Positions 14,006 through 27,000 of a stretch of 64,000 bases of DNA are shown here, one piece after another. The position numbers and the translations under genes were made by a program. Position 1 is the first letter of the stretch, and every line of letters begins with the position of its first letter. The notes under the pieces are model-generated. The model did no database searches and was not told the DNA's origin. It was given only the letters and a program-made list of their open reading frames with translations. Source of the stretch: Lingula anatina (taxonomy: Eukaryota > Animalia > Brachiopoda); assembly GCA_051362555.1 (NCBI GenBank), contig CM120642.1, forward strand, positions 2,418,001 through 2,482,000, given 5' to 3'.

Positions 14006-14887
14006 GGCCCTGTTTCATCAGGGCTGGATAGTGCTATCCAACGGATAAAAATGGCCGCTATCCTCTGGATAGAGCTATCCAGAGGATAGTACGCTTCATC
14101 AACAGTGATCTAGGGAATAAATTAACTTATTCTGAGGATAAAGTTGTCCGCTCGAAATAGGTGGGATAAATCTGCTATCATGCTGTTAACTCATCAAAAA
14201 TGGCGAACCTGTTTGCTTTGGGAGTAAATCCTTAGAGATGTCACAGGCGTAGAATGATTAGAAAGAGAATTTTGGAAGATGTGTGTATGTATTTGATGTT
14301 TTGAGTTATAGCCTACTGAATGAATTGATTACATAGCAGACTTTATCAAAGTTGACATCGCGCCTGCTACAAACTGAACCCATGCAATCTCCGTGAGAGA
14401 GACCAATTATCTTTTTTTATTTTACTAAAAAAATTACCTTTTAAATCGACGAAAAAATTAGCTATTGACAGAATCTGCCAAACGTGCCAAGTCAGCCATT
14501 TTGTTAGACAGTATGACACGACCTTGCCCTTCAAATGCAAATTGTAAACATTGCATCAGGCACAACTAATGCAATGTTATGTTTTTTTTGTTTTTTTTGC
14601 ACTGACACTAAAATATCCTATAGATATTATTCCCATTATCTTAATGAATGTACCATCTTGAAATATACTTATACTGTTTATTATGGGTAATTTATTTTCC
14701 AAATATGGTATAGGTCACTTTTTTGTTATCATGTCATGCGGGGTATTCAGAGCATAGACCGTGATCACTAGATATCGCCAATGGATTTTTGGATTTTTAG
14801 AATATAGATTTTTCATGTGAACGGTGCCTTATACCATGGATAGTGTTATCCATAGGATAGCCTATTCAGCCTTGATGAAACCGGGTC
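14006..14887 (+). mobile_element. Non-autonomous PIF/Harbinger element (deletion derivative)
   Basis: TIRs ggccctgtttcatcagggctggatag / ctattcagccttgatgaaaccgggtc; CTG TSD at 14003-14005 and 14888-14890; internal decayed transposase N-terminus (MANLFALGVNP*RCHRRRMIRKR; IKVDIAPATN*THAIS). Confidence 0.8.
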
Positions 14888-15622
14888 CTGGTCTTTATTA
14901 AAATCTTAAATTCAGTTATATTCATGTTAAGCTAGAATTTGATGACAGGGAACAATTAAATATTTTTTCAGGAAACGCTGCAAACTCCATTCTCTTCGGA
15001 AGGAATTGGCATAATATTACCAGGCATTGTGAAAAAATATAGTTGAAGTTGAGGATAAAATATGTCAGTGAAATAAACGTGCATGTTGTATTACCTTTTA
15101 TCGGAGTCTTATTTTTGATAGTATTATCTTGCAAGTATTATGCAAAAGAGTTGATATTTTTAAAAGTTTAGTTTTTTTTACTTACTCACCTCAAACTTTC
15201 GTTACTAAATACGAAGATTTTCGCATACTTGCAAGGCATGAATAAAATAAAATTCCACGATTTACTAAAAAATACTACATTTATCCCTATGTCACCAAAG
15301 ATTTAGAAAAAGTAGAATTCACGAAAATATATTTAACTCCATCATACACTTTTCTTCAAATAAACCAAAATAACGAGAATGAGTATTTATGGCACTTTTC
15401 CCGCCAAAATGAAGAGTTATTATCCCTCTTAGGTACATGTTACTATAGGCTTAAGGTGTATGCTAACCTACTCAAAAGTTTTGAGTGGAGCAATGTATAA
15501 CATCACTACATGAACATGTAGCATTGTTTGAGATTGAAAATCATTTATTCATATTTTCCTCATAATTATTTGCCATAATCTTCAGATTTGTTTCTATTTT
15601 TCTCATTGGCATTTCCCCGACT

Positions 15623-18600
15623 CTACAAAGGAATCAGTTTCATCACGGTGGTCCTGATAGGGTCATCCTTGTGCACAGTGCCCCATGTTATGCACTGCCA
15701 TGTTTTCTGGCACATGTCATCATTTCCGTATCGGTTGTTCAGGGCACCGTAGTAGCAACCGTCCCACCACCAGCCGCCGCCGTAGTCGTAAGCGCACTTG
15801 CCACTGTCTCTGTCGTACGTGCCGAATGCTTTACCGTTAAGTTTGCCAAATGACTCCGGGGTGTTGTACATAGAGTCTCCGGCTGTGCCGTTGTAGCCAC
15901 CGATCTGTACACATGAAAGAGAGGAGACAGAAATATTAAACACTTACGAGTGCTTTCTGCAAGAAAGAGGTTGAGAACAGAGTATTCGTTTTCCACTTGA
16001 AAGAGAGAAATTGTCCTAACTGAAGCCAACGGTCCTACCATCAAACAATAATTCTTATAATATATTAAGTGGAATGAAATAGATTTATTTAAGTCGAAAT
16101 GACACGTTGTCTACTATCCTCCCTCCTATTTAAAAACAATTAAAATAAATAAACATGTTGAAATACGATGAAAAATTAGTAATAGCGTTTCTTTGAGACA
16201 TGTCACCTATATTTGCTTTTTACCTTAAGTCGGAAAAGGTTAGAGGCATCTTCCAATTGGAAAGTGCTGTACTCTGCCACGTAAGTTCCCGGATGTGAGA
16301 CGTAATCGAAGTACGTCATTTCAATGCGGAGTTTGTATCTCTTCTGGGAAGTCAGTGCGTACGTTTTGTTGTTGCCCAGCCAAAAGTCACCTCTCTCTCT
16401 CAATCTGCCAAAGCCAAGCGCGTACTCCATCCTGTAAGATATTTTAATTGGTCGGCTGCAAATTTAACAACTGAGAAAAATGTGGCTTTCTAATTGGATT
16501 TAATCATCAGTTAATGGGGGCAGGCTTGCAACGGCAATGTACACAACCATAAAAAATAATAGTAATACTAATAATAACAAAAGCCTATAAAATAATGATA
16601 ATAACGAAATTCGTTGAGAGGACATCCTTCCCATAACCAACATGCTATTGTATTCAACCACGGTAATCATACATGTACTAGTACTAGTACTTCGATTAAA
16701 TCATAATTTTAATAGTTCATTGTGAAATTTATCACTTGCAGTCTCTTTAAGAAAAAAAACTTAATTACACACACAACAATACAATAAACTAATCAGTATA
16801 TAGCCACTGATTCTATACCATGTACGATTGAAGTCGACATATCCGGTCAAGCGCTGCTGTATGACGGTGTAGGGGCCATCGCACAGTGCTAAGAATGGAC
16901 CTCCCGCCCTATCTGGCCATATCTCCACAACACGACTGCCATCTGCCGGATCTTCAGAGCAATCTGTAACCATAAGTAACATTTTTGACATGCTTTCAAA
17001 TTCAATATCAGGCTATTTACAAGGTCATATTTAGAATTTGCAGGACCAATTTACTGATTATGTCTCTAAATTTGCTCTATTTACAAATATTGTGAGGTGA
17101 CTGGAGGGTAAGACAGGGGAAGAAGGCCACACTGTCCGTGCCTTCAAATCCAGGGTGAGAGAAAGCGTATATTGGGAAGTTTTGCAACCGATATAGATAA
17201 CAGAAATAACGATCTGAAAAATAGAATTAACACCCCCCCCCCCCCCCCCCCGGGAAAGCCACACCCCAAATTATTCTAAGATTCCCGAAGGACCTATGCA
17301 GATCTTCTATGGTAAGGTTATCAGTCCGGAAGGTTTCATGTTCCTAACTGTAATGGCATAAGGGTAGATAGCAGGAAAATAATGTAAATTTTAAAATCAA
17401 CCACCCCAGGGACGGCTACACCCAAAACAGACGCGTGTGAAAGTGTGTATAATGATGATATGCAACCCTAAGGCGTGCCAGTATTGAAAACTATTGTGTC
17501 CAAATTAAAAAAAAAAAAAGATTAACTTTCACCTAGTATGTGATGTTAGCTAACACTTAAATAAATAAATAAATAAATAAATACCCGTGTGTATAAAAGT
17601 CCCTTTTGGAAAGTCCCATCTAGTTTAAAATAGGGCAAGGGCGTAACGATATTGCACTTCTTAGTGTAAACAAAAAAATCCCCGGCCATGCAGTTTCTAT
17701 CCATGTATTATTAATGCCAGATAAATATAACCCATTAACCCACTTAATCAGCGGGTCGATTTTCGATCTCATACAAAAATGGGCTCGTTTATGTTGTACT
17801 TTTCGGCGTAAACAAAAAAATCCCCGTCCCGTATATAAAATAATACTTTGCCCGTGTAATGTAATACTTTTGATTATATGAGGGAATAAAATTACCTAAC
17901 TATTAATACCAGGTAAATACATGCAAGTAAGCTGCTAGTCACGTCTTCTTGGAAGTGTTGATATAACCCGCTTAATTCTGCTGGTCAGGTATATTGTGTA
18001 TATGTCTCTTCTAGAAGGTTACATTATAACTCACAACAAAGCAGCAGTGTTATGGTTGTACGTCTTGGCGTAAAAAAAATCTTCAGCCCTGCATAAAGTC
18101 AGGGTTGCTCATGGACAGAGATAGATTTGCGACATTGTGGTGGCCACTGGAAATGCCCACAATAAAAAGTTGGTCGAACATATCTACGTAAGGTATATTA
18201 AAGCATGTAGAATTATTTTCAAAACGCCATCTTCCTCCCTGAACCTTGGTCCCTTTACGTATAAAAAACTGCAAGCTATTTACACATGTCGCGTTTGCCA
18301 CTTCTAGACAGTAAGACAAACTAGGGTATAGTTATGCAGAATATCGAAACTAAGGTGAAAATTCAACGTATTGCCAGATGAAAATATTCTGGTATCTCTA
18401 AACTGGCTTTTATTAAACCTCATATCTTCGGTTTTTCGAATATGTGTTAACAATACTCCACGACCAAATTCTATCGTTACACTGCATTAGTTACAAAGAT
18501 TACAAGTGCATATACGTACAGGGTAATTCCAGCATAAATCCCCATGCTTTTCATAAACTAACCCGCACACCTGTGCGATCTAGCTAAATATATCTATTCT

Positions 18601-21057
18601 TGGAAGGGTCCGTATTGTTAGCTTTTGCCGGTCCTGATTCAGATCGGTCCTGATCGATAACGTTAGGCCATAAAAAAAAAGCATTTTGTTTCTCACCATG
18701 AAAAAATAAATTGAAATTGGTGGAGTGGTGTGTTAAGTTTAAACATTCAGTCAGGATCCCCGTCAAACAGTTTATAGAGTGTGAATGTTCTGCATAATGA
18801 TTATTTATTTTTGGAATTTTCCTAGAAGAAAATCGTTTAAGAGTTTAATGACTTTTTGACTCAACGCATAGACATACGTGTAATGACATACAGAAAAGGG
18901 GGTCAGCTCCGGAATTCCCAGGTGATTTTTTTAATAGGCGAAAATCAATGCGCGCGGGATCGTCTTATCGTCACAAAAAATAATAATAATAAAATAAAAA
19001 AAAAGAAAAAAAAGAAAAAGGGTTGAATGAATGGTCCGAGCATTAAATGCCAGAACGCCCCAAGCGTCAGGTGTTCAAGGCGGTTTTTAAATACATAGGC
19101 CCTATTGTAGCTACTGTAAGTTTCATGTTCCTAACTCAAATGGCTGTGTAAGTTTAGTTTACTTTTATTGAGGTTGAGGAGTCGGGTGATCGGCTCATCT
19201 AATGCAATGGACATTCATTTGCATAAATGATAACTTTTCATTCAGGGTGGTACAGCTTGAGTTTGCACTCTATTTCATTCAGCACAGTGTCTCCGTAGGT
19301 GGAGCACATAGTATACTCTTTCTTTTTGATCCGTTATTTTCTACTAGAAATTTATAGTTACAGGAATGGCAGAAATGGTGAGTTTTTTATACTGTTTATT
19401 GATTATTATTGACTATTGGTGATTATTGAAATTTATCGGTTTTTGTGTAAGTAAATTTAAGCACATAAATAATCGGTAGTGAGTGCTTTATTGTAATTAT
19501 CTTTTTCTTTTCTTCTTTTTAGTTTTTAGGTGTCTTGTTAATTCCTATGTGAAATAAAACCAAGATCAAGTAAAAAACTTATGCTTTGCCTTGACTTTAA
19601 CTTATCTGTAAAGCCCCTGCGTGCTATAGGCTGATACAAGGCGGAGATAGCAGAGAATGCGATGTAAAAATTAGAATCGATCCCCTGCCCCCAGGGGCGA
19701 CCACACCCCAAGTCAAGATAAAATTCATAAGAGACTTTGTACATGTAAATCCCTTATGGTAGGTTTATTAATCCCTGGCGTATTAAGATGGATTATGCAT
19801 GTATATAATTGTCCAACCCAGGGGAAAGCTTGACCAGCGTATCTAGCCGAGGCAACCCTGTCCCCATTCCAATTCTACCTCTTTAGTATTTCACACCATT
19901 TCAATGACTCTGAGAAATCCTGGTTGCAAAATGCGTTTTTACTATTTTCTTTAGTTGCAAAATGCGACTCTACTTAATTGCGCCGTATTTTTCAACCGAA
20001 CGCATTTTGCAACACACACACATACACACACACATACACACATACCGGTTGCAAAATGCGTTCGGTTGCAAAATACGGCTGTACAAAGTGAAAAGCCACT
20101 GTCTGTATCATTCTGGATGCAGTGAGATAAAATTAATCTCACGTACTTCAGTGCAATGAATGTAGGGTTTTACTTATTCTAAAATAAGAAGTTAATTTTT
20201 ACTTTTTAACTTGAGTTCTTGTGAATTTTTAAAAGAGATTTTAAATAATTAATCTCACGTACTTCAGTGCAATGAATGAAGGGTTCTACGGTTTAATAAG
20301 AAGTTATTTTTCTACTCTTTTTATCTTGAGTTCTCGTGACTTTTTAAAAAAGATGCATTTGGCAGTGCACGAAAATGGGTGAAAGTGTGCACTTCTACCT
20401 CTTGCACAAACACACACAAGTGAGGATAAGGGCTGCCAAATGTTTAGATAATTTAGATAAGTGTGTTGGACATCTTTTCTTTATCGCCTAGACTCAATAT
20501 TTAGCCCTATTTTAAGTAAGCAGCAAACGAACAATTAATTAGTCTTCCTTTACCTCTGGGATAATAATCGCTTGCTTTCACGCTGCTGACGTAAGCCTTA
20601 TAGCCGGAGTTGCCCGACTCAATGTCGTCTGTTCGGAAATTAAACATCAACTCATCCCCGTCTGTTGCTATCTTCTGCAGACTGGCCTGGTCAGTTGGGA
20701 AAGAGGACAGTCCGAGCTTCTCTAGTTCTATATCACAGACGGCCTTGGACGAGGAAGTAACATTGGGCAACAACCTGTAATGGTGAGGGGAAAAATCAAT
20801 TTGCTATTTCATTTTACAGGATTTTATCAGGAGGTCACTTTTATCCAAACGTTATTATTTATTATTATTTATTACTAAAACCACCATAAAAGATGAGTAA
20901 AAAAATAAATATATGTGTAAAATAATACAATAAAAGCAGTAATTAAAACGATTTTAAGAGCAGTCCCGCCAACATATATTCTTTTGAGAGTCTGTTCTGA
21001 TAGCTGGGGCTGTTTACTAAAAATCTCAGCGTATATAAATGACTGTGTAACATATAA

Positions 21058-21094
<37 letters not shown>

Positions 21095-24000
21095 GGTGCA
21101 CTGCTGAATTGGTCACATACATGTATGAGTGTAGAATATATGTAAGAAAAAAGAACAGAAAACATGGCGTCATTGTGAATGTATTGTCTTTCTACTTTCA
21201 CTGTATATTTTTGTAAAATTATTTCGACAGAAAAAAGTTTTGGCTTTTCTCAGTTTACAACATATCGTACAATGTGTATTGTGTATTGTCAATTCTTTTT
21301 GCACGTAATAGAAGTGAGTTCAAACCGCACAAACATGCTTCTACTTGGACCAGTAAACAGCTTTAAACAACAACATTTTAATGTTAAAACTATAATTGCG
21401 TGCTGAACAAAATAAAAGAATTTTAGCCTACCTGGTGACCGCCAGAGAATCTTGACAAAAAGAGTTTCTGGGCGACTGAAGAGAGAAATCGGTAACATTC
21501 ACCAGCAGGGTGTAGCCACGTGCGGTGTACAGGTGGGTCAGACATGACAGGTTGGGCGGATACGGATACGGATATCTAGGTGACATGACTACCTGTGTGG
21601 TCCCTGGTTTAACTAAGATACTTGCATTGCATCCTGATAAAAATTGAAATTCAGAAAAATATGCTAGTGATGTTTTTTTTTTAAAACATATACATTGTGT
21701 ATGTACCGCCTTACAGATTATTTTCCGTCCTGATCACTTGACGCACCTATTTTGACGTCACAAACACGTGACTGGGAGGTAGTAGGTAGTTTTGATATAA
21801 TAGCAACTTATTTACATTCAAATGCAATTATTTAGGAAACATGTTAATGAGTAATTATAAAAAGGTTGTTCCTATGCTGCACGTACAATAGAGAAATCAT
21901 ACCCACCTTGGAAAGCGGTTCCATTGGTGTATACTACTGGAAACTTGGTGGATTGAAACTCTGTAAAGATTTGAAAAATGTACAACTCTTCAAGCAAGCA
22001 CCAAACTTTTATTTAAGGTCCCGGCACATATTATGGTTGCCGTCTCCTGAAACGGGATATTTGACCAGTAGCATAAGCACTGAATTTTATATGTATTGCA
22101 CATTCAATACATACACCTGTATCTTTATTCATATTACAAGAAGCATATTTACCCTATATGTGAGAGAAAAAGGGAACCAAGATATGTAAAACCGAGAAGC
22201 AAACTGATATAACTTATAACATACGGCAGCAACAATGTCACTGTCAGCCTGTGACGAACACTAAAAACCATCTTTCGTTAATATCAAAAATTACTGAGCC
22301 TGCTTCCAATGCAAGTGAGATTATATGAAGCTTGCTGTAAAGTTCTACTAGAAACGTACAAATATTCTCATATATTGCACAAATATTCTTATCTCATATA
22401 TTCCACGTACGTGATATGTGGTTGTTTAGAAAAAACAGAAGTTATAGAAAATAAACTACCTGAGCAGTCACTGGATTTGCCAGGAGTCAGATTGATGTCA
22501 TCAATGGCGATGTCGCCTCGATATTCTGTTACACCACTCGCTTCGAATATGATCTATAAAAGTAAACAGTAAGTGTAAATTTAATTGTAGGTTAATATCA
22601 GCTGGCAAAATACAACAAGAAATTGGATATTTCTATACTAAATTGCCCAAAAAATATCATGTTTGCCACTGAAAATAACGTTTCATTCGCGCCAACTATT
22701 GTTTTACGCACTTGGCTAAATTTGCGGTAGCTGTTCAATGCACTCCTCAAGTAATAGATGCGTTTGGGTCACTTATACACTTAAGCCGTACTTGCCTAAT
22801 TTTATGCATAAGTTCGTAACATTTTTGTCTTTTTAGTTGAAATTTGAGGACAGTTTGTTGCTGGCACCCTTGGCAGCTACGGGGAATTATACTATGTAAG
22901 CCAATTTTCCCTCACCTCTTTATCGAGGAAAAACAACATGCCATACCACAAGGGGTGCTCTAAGCTTCCACGTTCTTAAGCTAAACACAAAATATCTTTG
23001 TTATATATAAAAAAAATTATTCGAACTGATAACCTGATGGTATCCAGATTTTGGTGGTAGGACAATTTTGGCGGTCTCCCAGACGTCTCCCTGGTCACCG
23101 CTCAGAGACCATACCAATGTCTGGCTGGTCGTCTGCGCGAACGTTTTCAAGTACACCTTCAGGGTTCCAATATCGGCGCCGTTCATGTTGTAGGCAAACT
23201 GAAGCAAGTGGCACCTCTTGGCCAGGGAGAACCTTTGGCTGGTCATGGTGCGGGTGCCATTGCCACCATTAGACGCCTCGATGTACGCGTAGTAACCTAG
23301 AAGTAGTCCCATATGTACAATACTACTTGCACAAGTACCTAATGACAAACACACAAACAGTTGTGCGTCTGAGCTGATTACCATTTAAACCATCAAGACC
23401 ACACTGGGTCCGGTGTATAGACTACTTACCGTTGGATACACTGGGTCCGGTGTATAGACTACTTACCGTTGGATACACTGGGTCCGGTGTATAGACTACT
23501 TACCGTTGGATACACTGGGTCCGGTGTATAGACTACTTACCGTTGGATACACTGGGTCCGGTGTATAGACTACTTACCGTTGGATACACTGGGTCCGGTG
23601 CCACTGCTGGAAGTTTGACCGCGATTTCTTAGCCAAGTCTGTGTTCCGGATAAGGAATACTGACAAAACCCGTTTTCGAAATTGCACTCCAGAGGATCTG
23701 AAATGAATTTTATAACGTATTATCGGTCAATATTGAAACGTTAAGGGAGGACTGCAGCTTGGAAATTTTATCTTAAATGTGACGTAATATTGGGAATTTT
23801 GGGTAAAAAACATCATTTTCGGTTACCTGATTTTATCAGGCACATTCACAACTATAAACATGCTAATGGTATTATAACACTTGAACAAAGTACTACAAAA
23901 GGGGTTCAGGGGTTTTTATTTAAAGACATACTGTTTATTTAATCTATAAAAACGTGATTTTTAGTCCTATTCCACCCTAAAGTTCCTTAAAGCCACACTG

Positions 24001-27000
24001 ATAGCAGACAGAGATCAAGAGCGCAGTACAAACCTTTGCATATGGTGGTATACCCGGTCCAATAGCCTCCGTCAGAACATTCTCTTTGAAGTGAACCAGA
24101 CTTCAGTCCATATCGGCAGCTAAGTTTTACCTTAGCTCCGAAGACATAATTTTCAGCACCCGAAATTTTACCGAATTCTGGAGCTTGTAGCTGCTTACAA
24201 GTGGTAACTGCAAAAGAAATTCAACATGGGTATCAATATTACCAGAAATTAATACTTGTGTGAAGTAAGGGTTAACTAGATTTTGTGATGACATAAAAAT
24301 CTCTTTCGATTATAACAGTAGGCCTACTTGGTATCAAATAAGGAGTTTTTTGTTTTGATGTGAGAAAAATTGTCTCTTTCATAAATGGCACTTTTCTTAC
24401 CATTTCGATTTTCAAAATAGTAGTAGTACTACTATTACTACTACTATTACTACTACTTTCGATTTTCAAAATATTGTCAATACAGCCTGCCCTTTGTGAA
24501 GTGACATTTTGATTTTTGTAGCACCCACCGTTGCTGCATTTACTTAGTAGCCTACCGCCACTGAATTATTAAAAAAGTTTTTACTCTCCACCAGAGACAA
24601 TTATACCTTCACAAGTGGGAGATGCACCGCTCCACACTCCCTCGGCCGTACACATCCGATATATGTCCCCTTTCAACATGTAGCCTCGCTGGCAGCTGTA
24701 GGATACACGGTTAGAATACAGCGAACCACCAGAAACATAGCCATTGGCAGGGGCAGTCAAATTACCGCAGGACTTCGCTGTTTTAAACGGAATAAATAAA
24801 AAACGATATCGTTCATTATTGTTGCAGGAAAACTGAAGGAACGATAACATGCGCCAAAACATTTTTTGCCAGTATTTTTTTTTATATCTCATAGAAACAC
24901 AAATGATACATAGATGCATTAATGATAGTCCCAATTCTTTGGATATAATTTTACACAGATTTAAAAACATAGTAAAGCGGTGTCTTAAGACCCTGAATAT
25001 CTAAGCACAACTGAATGGTTAAATTTATAATAGAGGGTGGCAGTGATGTGGTGAACAACAACAACAACAGAGTAAAATGTTTGGTTTGATATAGAATGTG
25101 TGCCTACTATGCGAATATGCGAATATGAATATGCCTACTATGCATATTCGCAGCTGGCCCATGTGTTGTTTGTACTCCCTTCGCTAATTTAAGAACTGCC
25201 TTTACGCTCTTATCTGAACTAGACACCGGACGATAGCAGCGTCACGTTCGTGCCCTGTCACCTAAGGTGTGCATCAGAACACCTGTTAGAACCCCATAGC
25301 CGCATTAACCCAGAAAAACAGGTCAACACTCACGTGGACAAGTGGGTGTGGGTGAGTTCCATCCCTGCAGAGTACAAACAGCCGTTGCTTTCCCAACCAA
25401 ATCATGCCCTCTTCTACATTGGTAGGTGATCGAATCACCGACATCGAGTCCCTCGATGATTTCTATTGAGCCGTTGATGGGAGGTTTTGGAATTCCACAT
25501 GGTGTCACTGAAAACAGACTCTTTTTTTAATTGAAATTTATAAAGATTATAAAGTTTCTTTGATAAATAAGTATCAACTTCCTTAGTGCATTATAAAGAC
25601 ACAATTCCCTGTAGAAAATAATAATTCAGAAGATCCATATTTCATTTTTTTTAAAACCCAACGTGAGACCACTTTGCACAATATCCACTGGCCGTGTCCA
25701 ACACATAATGCAGGTCATGTAGCACTCACTGTTATACATGAGAGTGAAGCCACGGTCCGTGTTTGACATGTCGCTCTTCCAGTACACATCCACAATACTG
25801 GAGTTGGTCTTAACTGGTTCGGGTGGAATGTCTCCACTAGCAGTAACAAGCAGATTTCTGCGGTTATACCCCTATAATGGTGATCATTTACATGAGAGTG
25901 TTTCAGTATATTTGATATTGAAGTGGCATGTGTTAACTAAATCATGAACACTTAAATAAGAGAATGGGATGTATTATTAAGGCAAATGAATCGATGGAAC
26001 TGGGGCATTACAGCATTTTTTTTTCACTTATAGTCAATATGATAACCATTGGTTTAACATTCATAGAAATAAATATAGTCACTTTTCTTGGGAAAATGAC
26101 ATTTTAACGTGGCAAAGCAAGTGCTGCTGCGCTATTTAATTTTGATATACACAGTACAAAATACACAATTATGGGCCTATAATGAGCAACAGAAAATACA
26201 TGTCACAGAAAATACACAAGTCAATGTTACCGCATACAATTCCAACACGTCATAGTCGTACTCGGTTTGAAGCACGGGAAATGATATCCTGACCGACCGT
26301 CCAGTTGGGACAACGATTGACCACCGACAATTCTGGCTGACAGGATAGTTTTCAGGGTAATTTGGACTGTAGATGACGCCACTGGTGCTGTTTAACAGAC
26401 GGTAACTTGGGCAGTCAGCTGCAATAAAAGTGATATTTTGAAAGCGGTTAATTTTTTCTTTCGCTTGTTGTCATTATTTTTTGTAGTTGCATAGTAACTA
26501 ACATAAGTAAGTGGATCCTGTAATGAAAGTGTGAACAGTATAAATAGTAAGGATCACAAATGGAACTGATTCATTTTAGCCATATGATAAATTCAATGCC
26601 AAGATAAACATCACATGCATCCTGAATCAAAGCTGAATTATTGAAAAACTGTCGTATACCAATGTACGACCACAATGAAACTATGAGAATGGTGCGTTTG
26701 TAGAAAGGAAACCCTCGGTGCATAATCTGTATTTGAATACTGTCCTTCCTTCCTTCCTTACCTTGGCACCTTGGCGTCTCAGTGATGGGCCAGGTGCCGT
26801 TTTCATCACACCTGTATGTCACGTTTCTGGTCCCGTTATTCATGTACAGACCCTCTGGGCACGTGTAGGTGACGTTGCTGTCAAAGGGTACCTTGTTGTA
26901 CACCATGGTGACCTGGTCTGTGCCCGCAGGGGGTTCGCTACAAAATTCTGAAATAAAAGGGAAAAAATGAAATTGTGGCAAAACTGTACCTTTTGTGATA

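Noticed and set aside
15623-16991. FReD exons as a stand-alone gene
   Set aside because: No signal-peptide exon found nearby; a phase-1 join to the upstream CUB exon gives the canonical YPRDCSE start.
20131-20350. Two-copy ~116-bp tandem duplication in the CUB-FReD intron
   Set aside because: Diverged, purely intronic and not at a junction; an ordinary local duplication.
23401-23600. CRISPR-like 37-bp repeats
   Set aside because: Head-to-tail copies with no spacers and no cas genes; the unit derives from a eukaryotic exon/intron junction.
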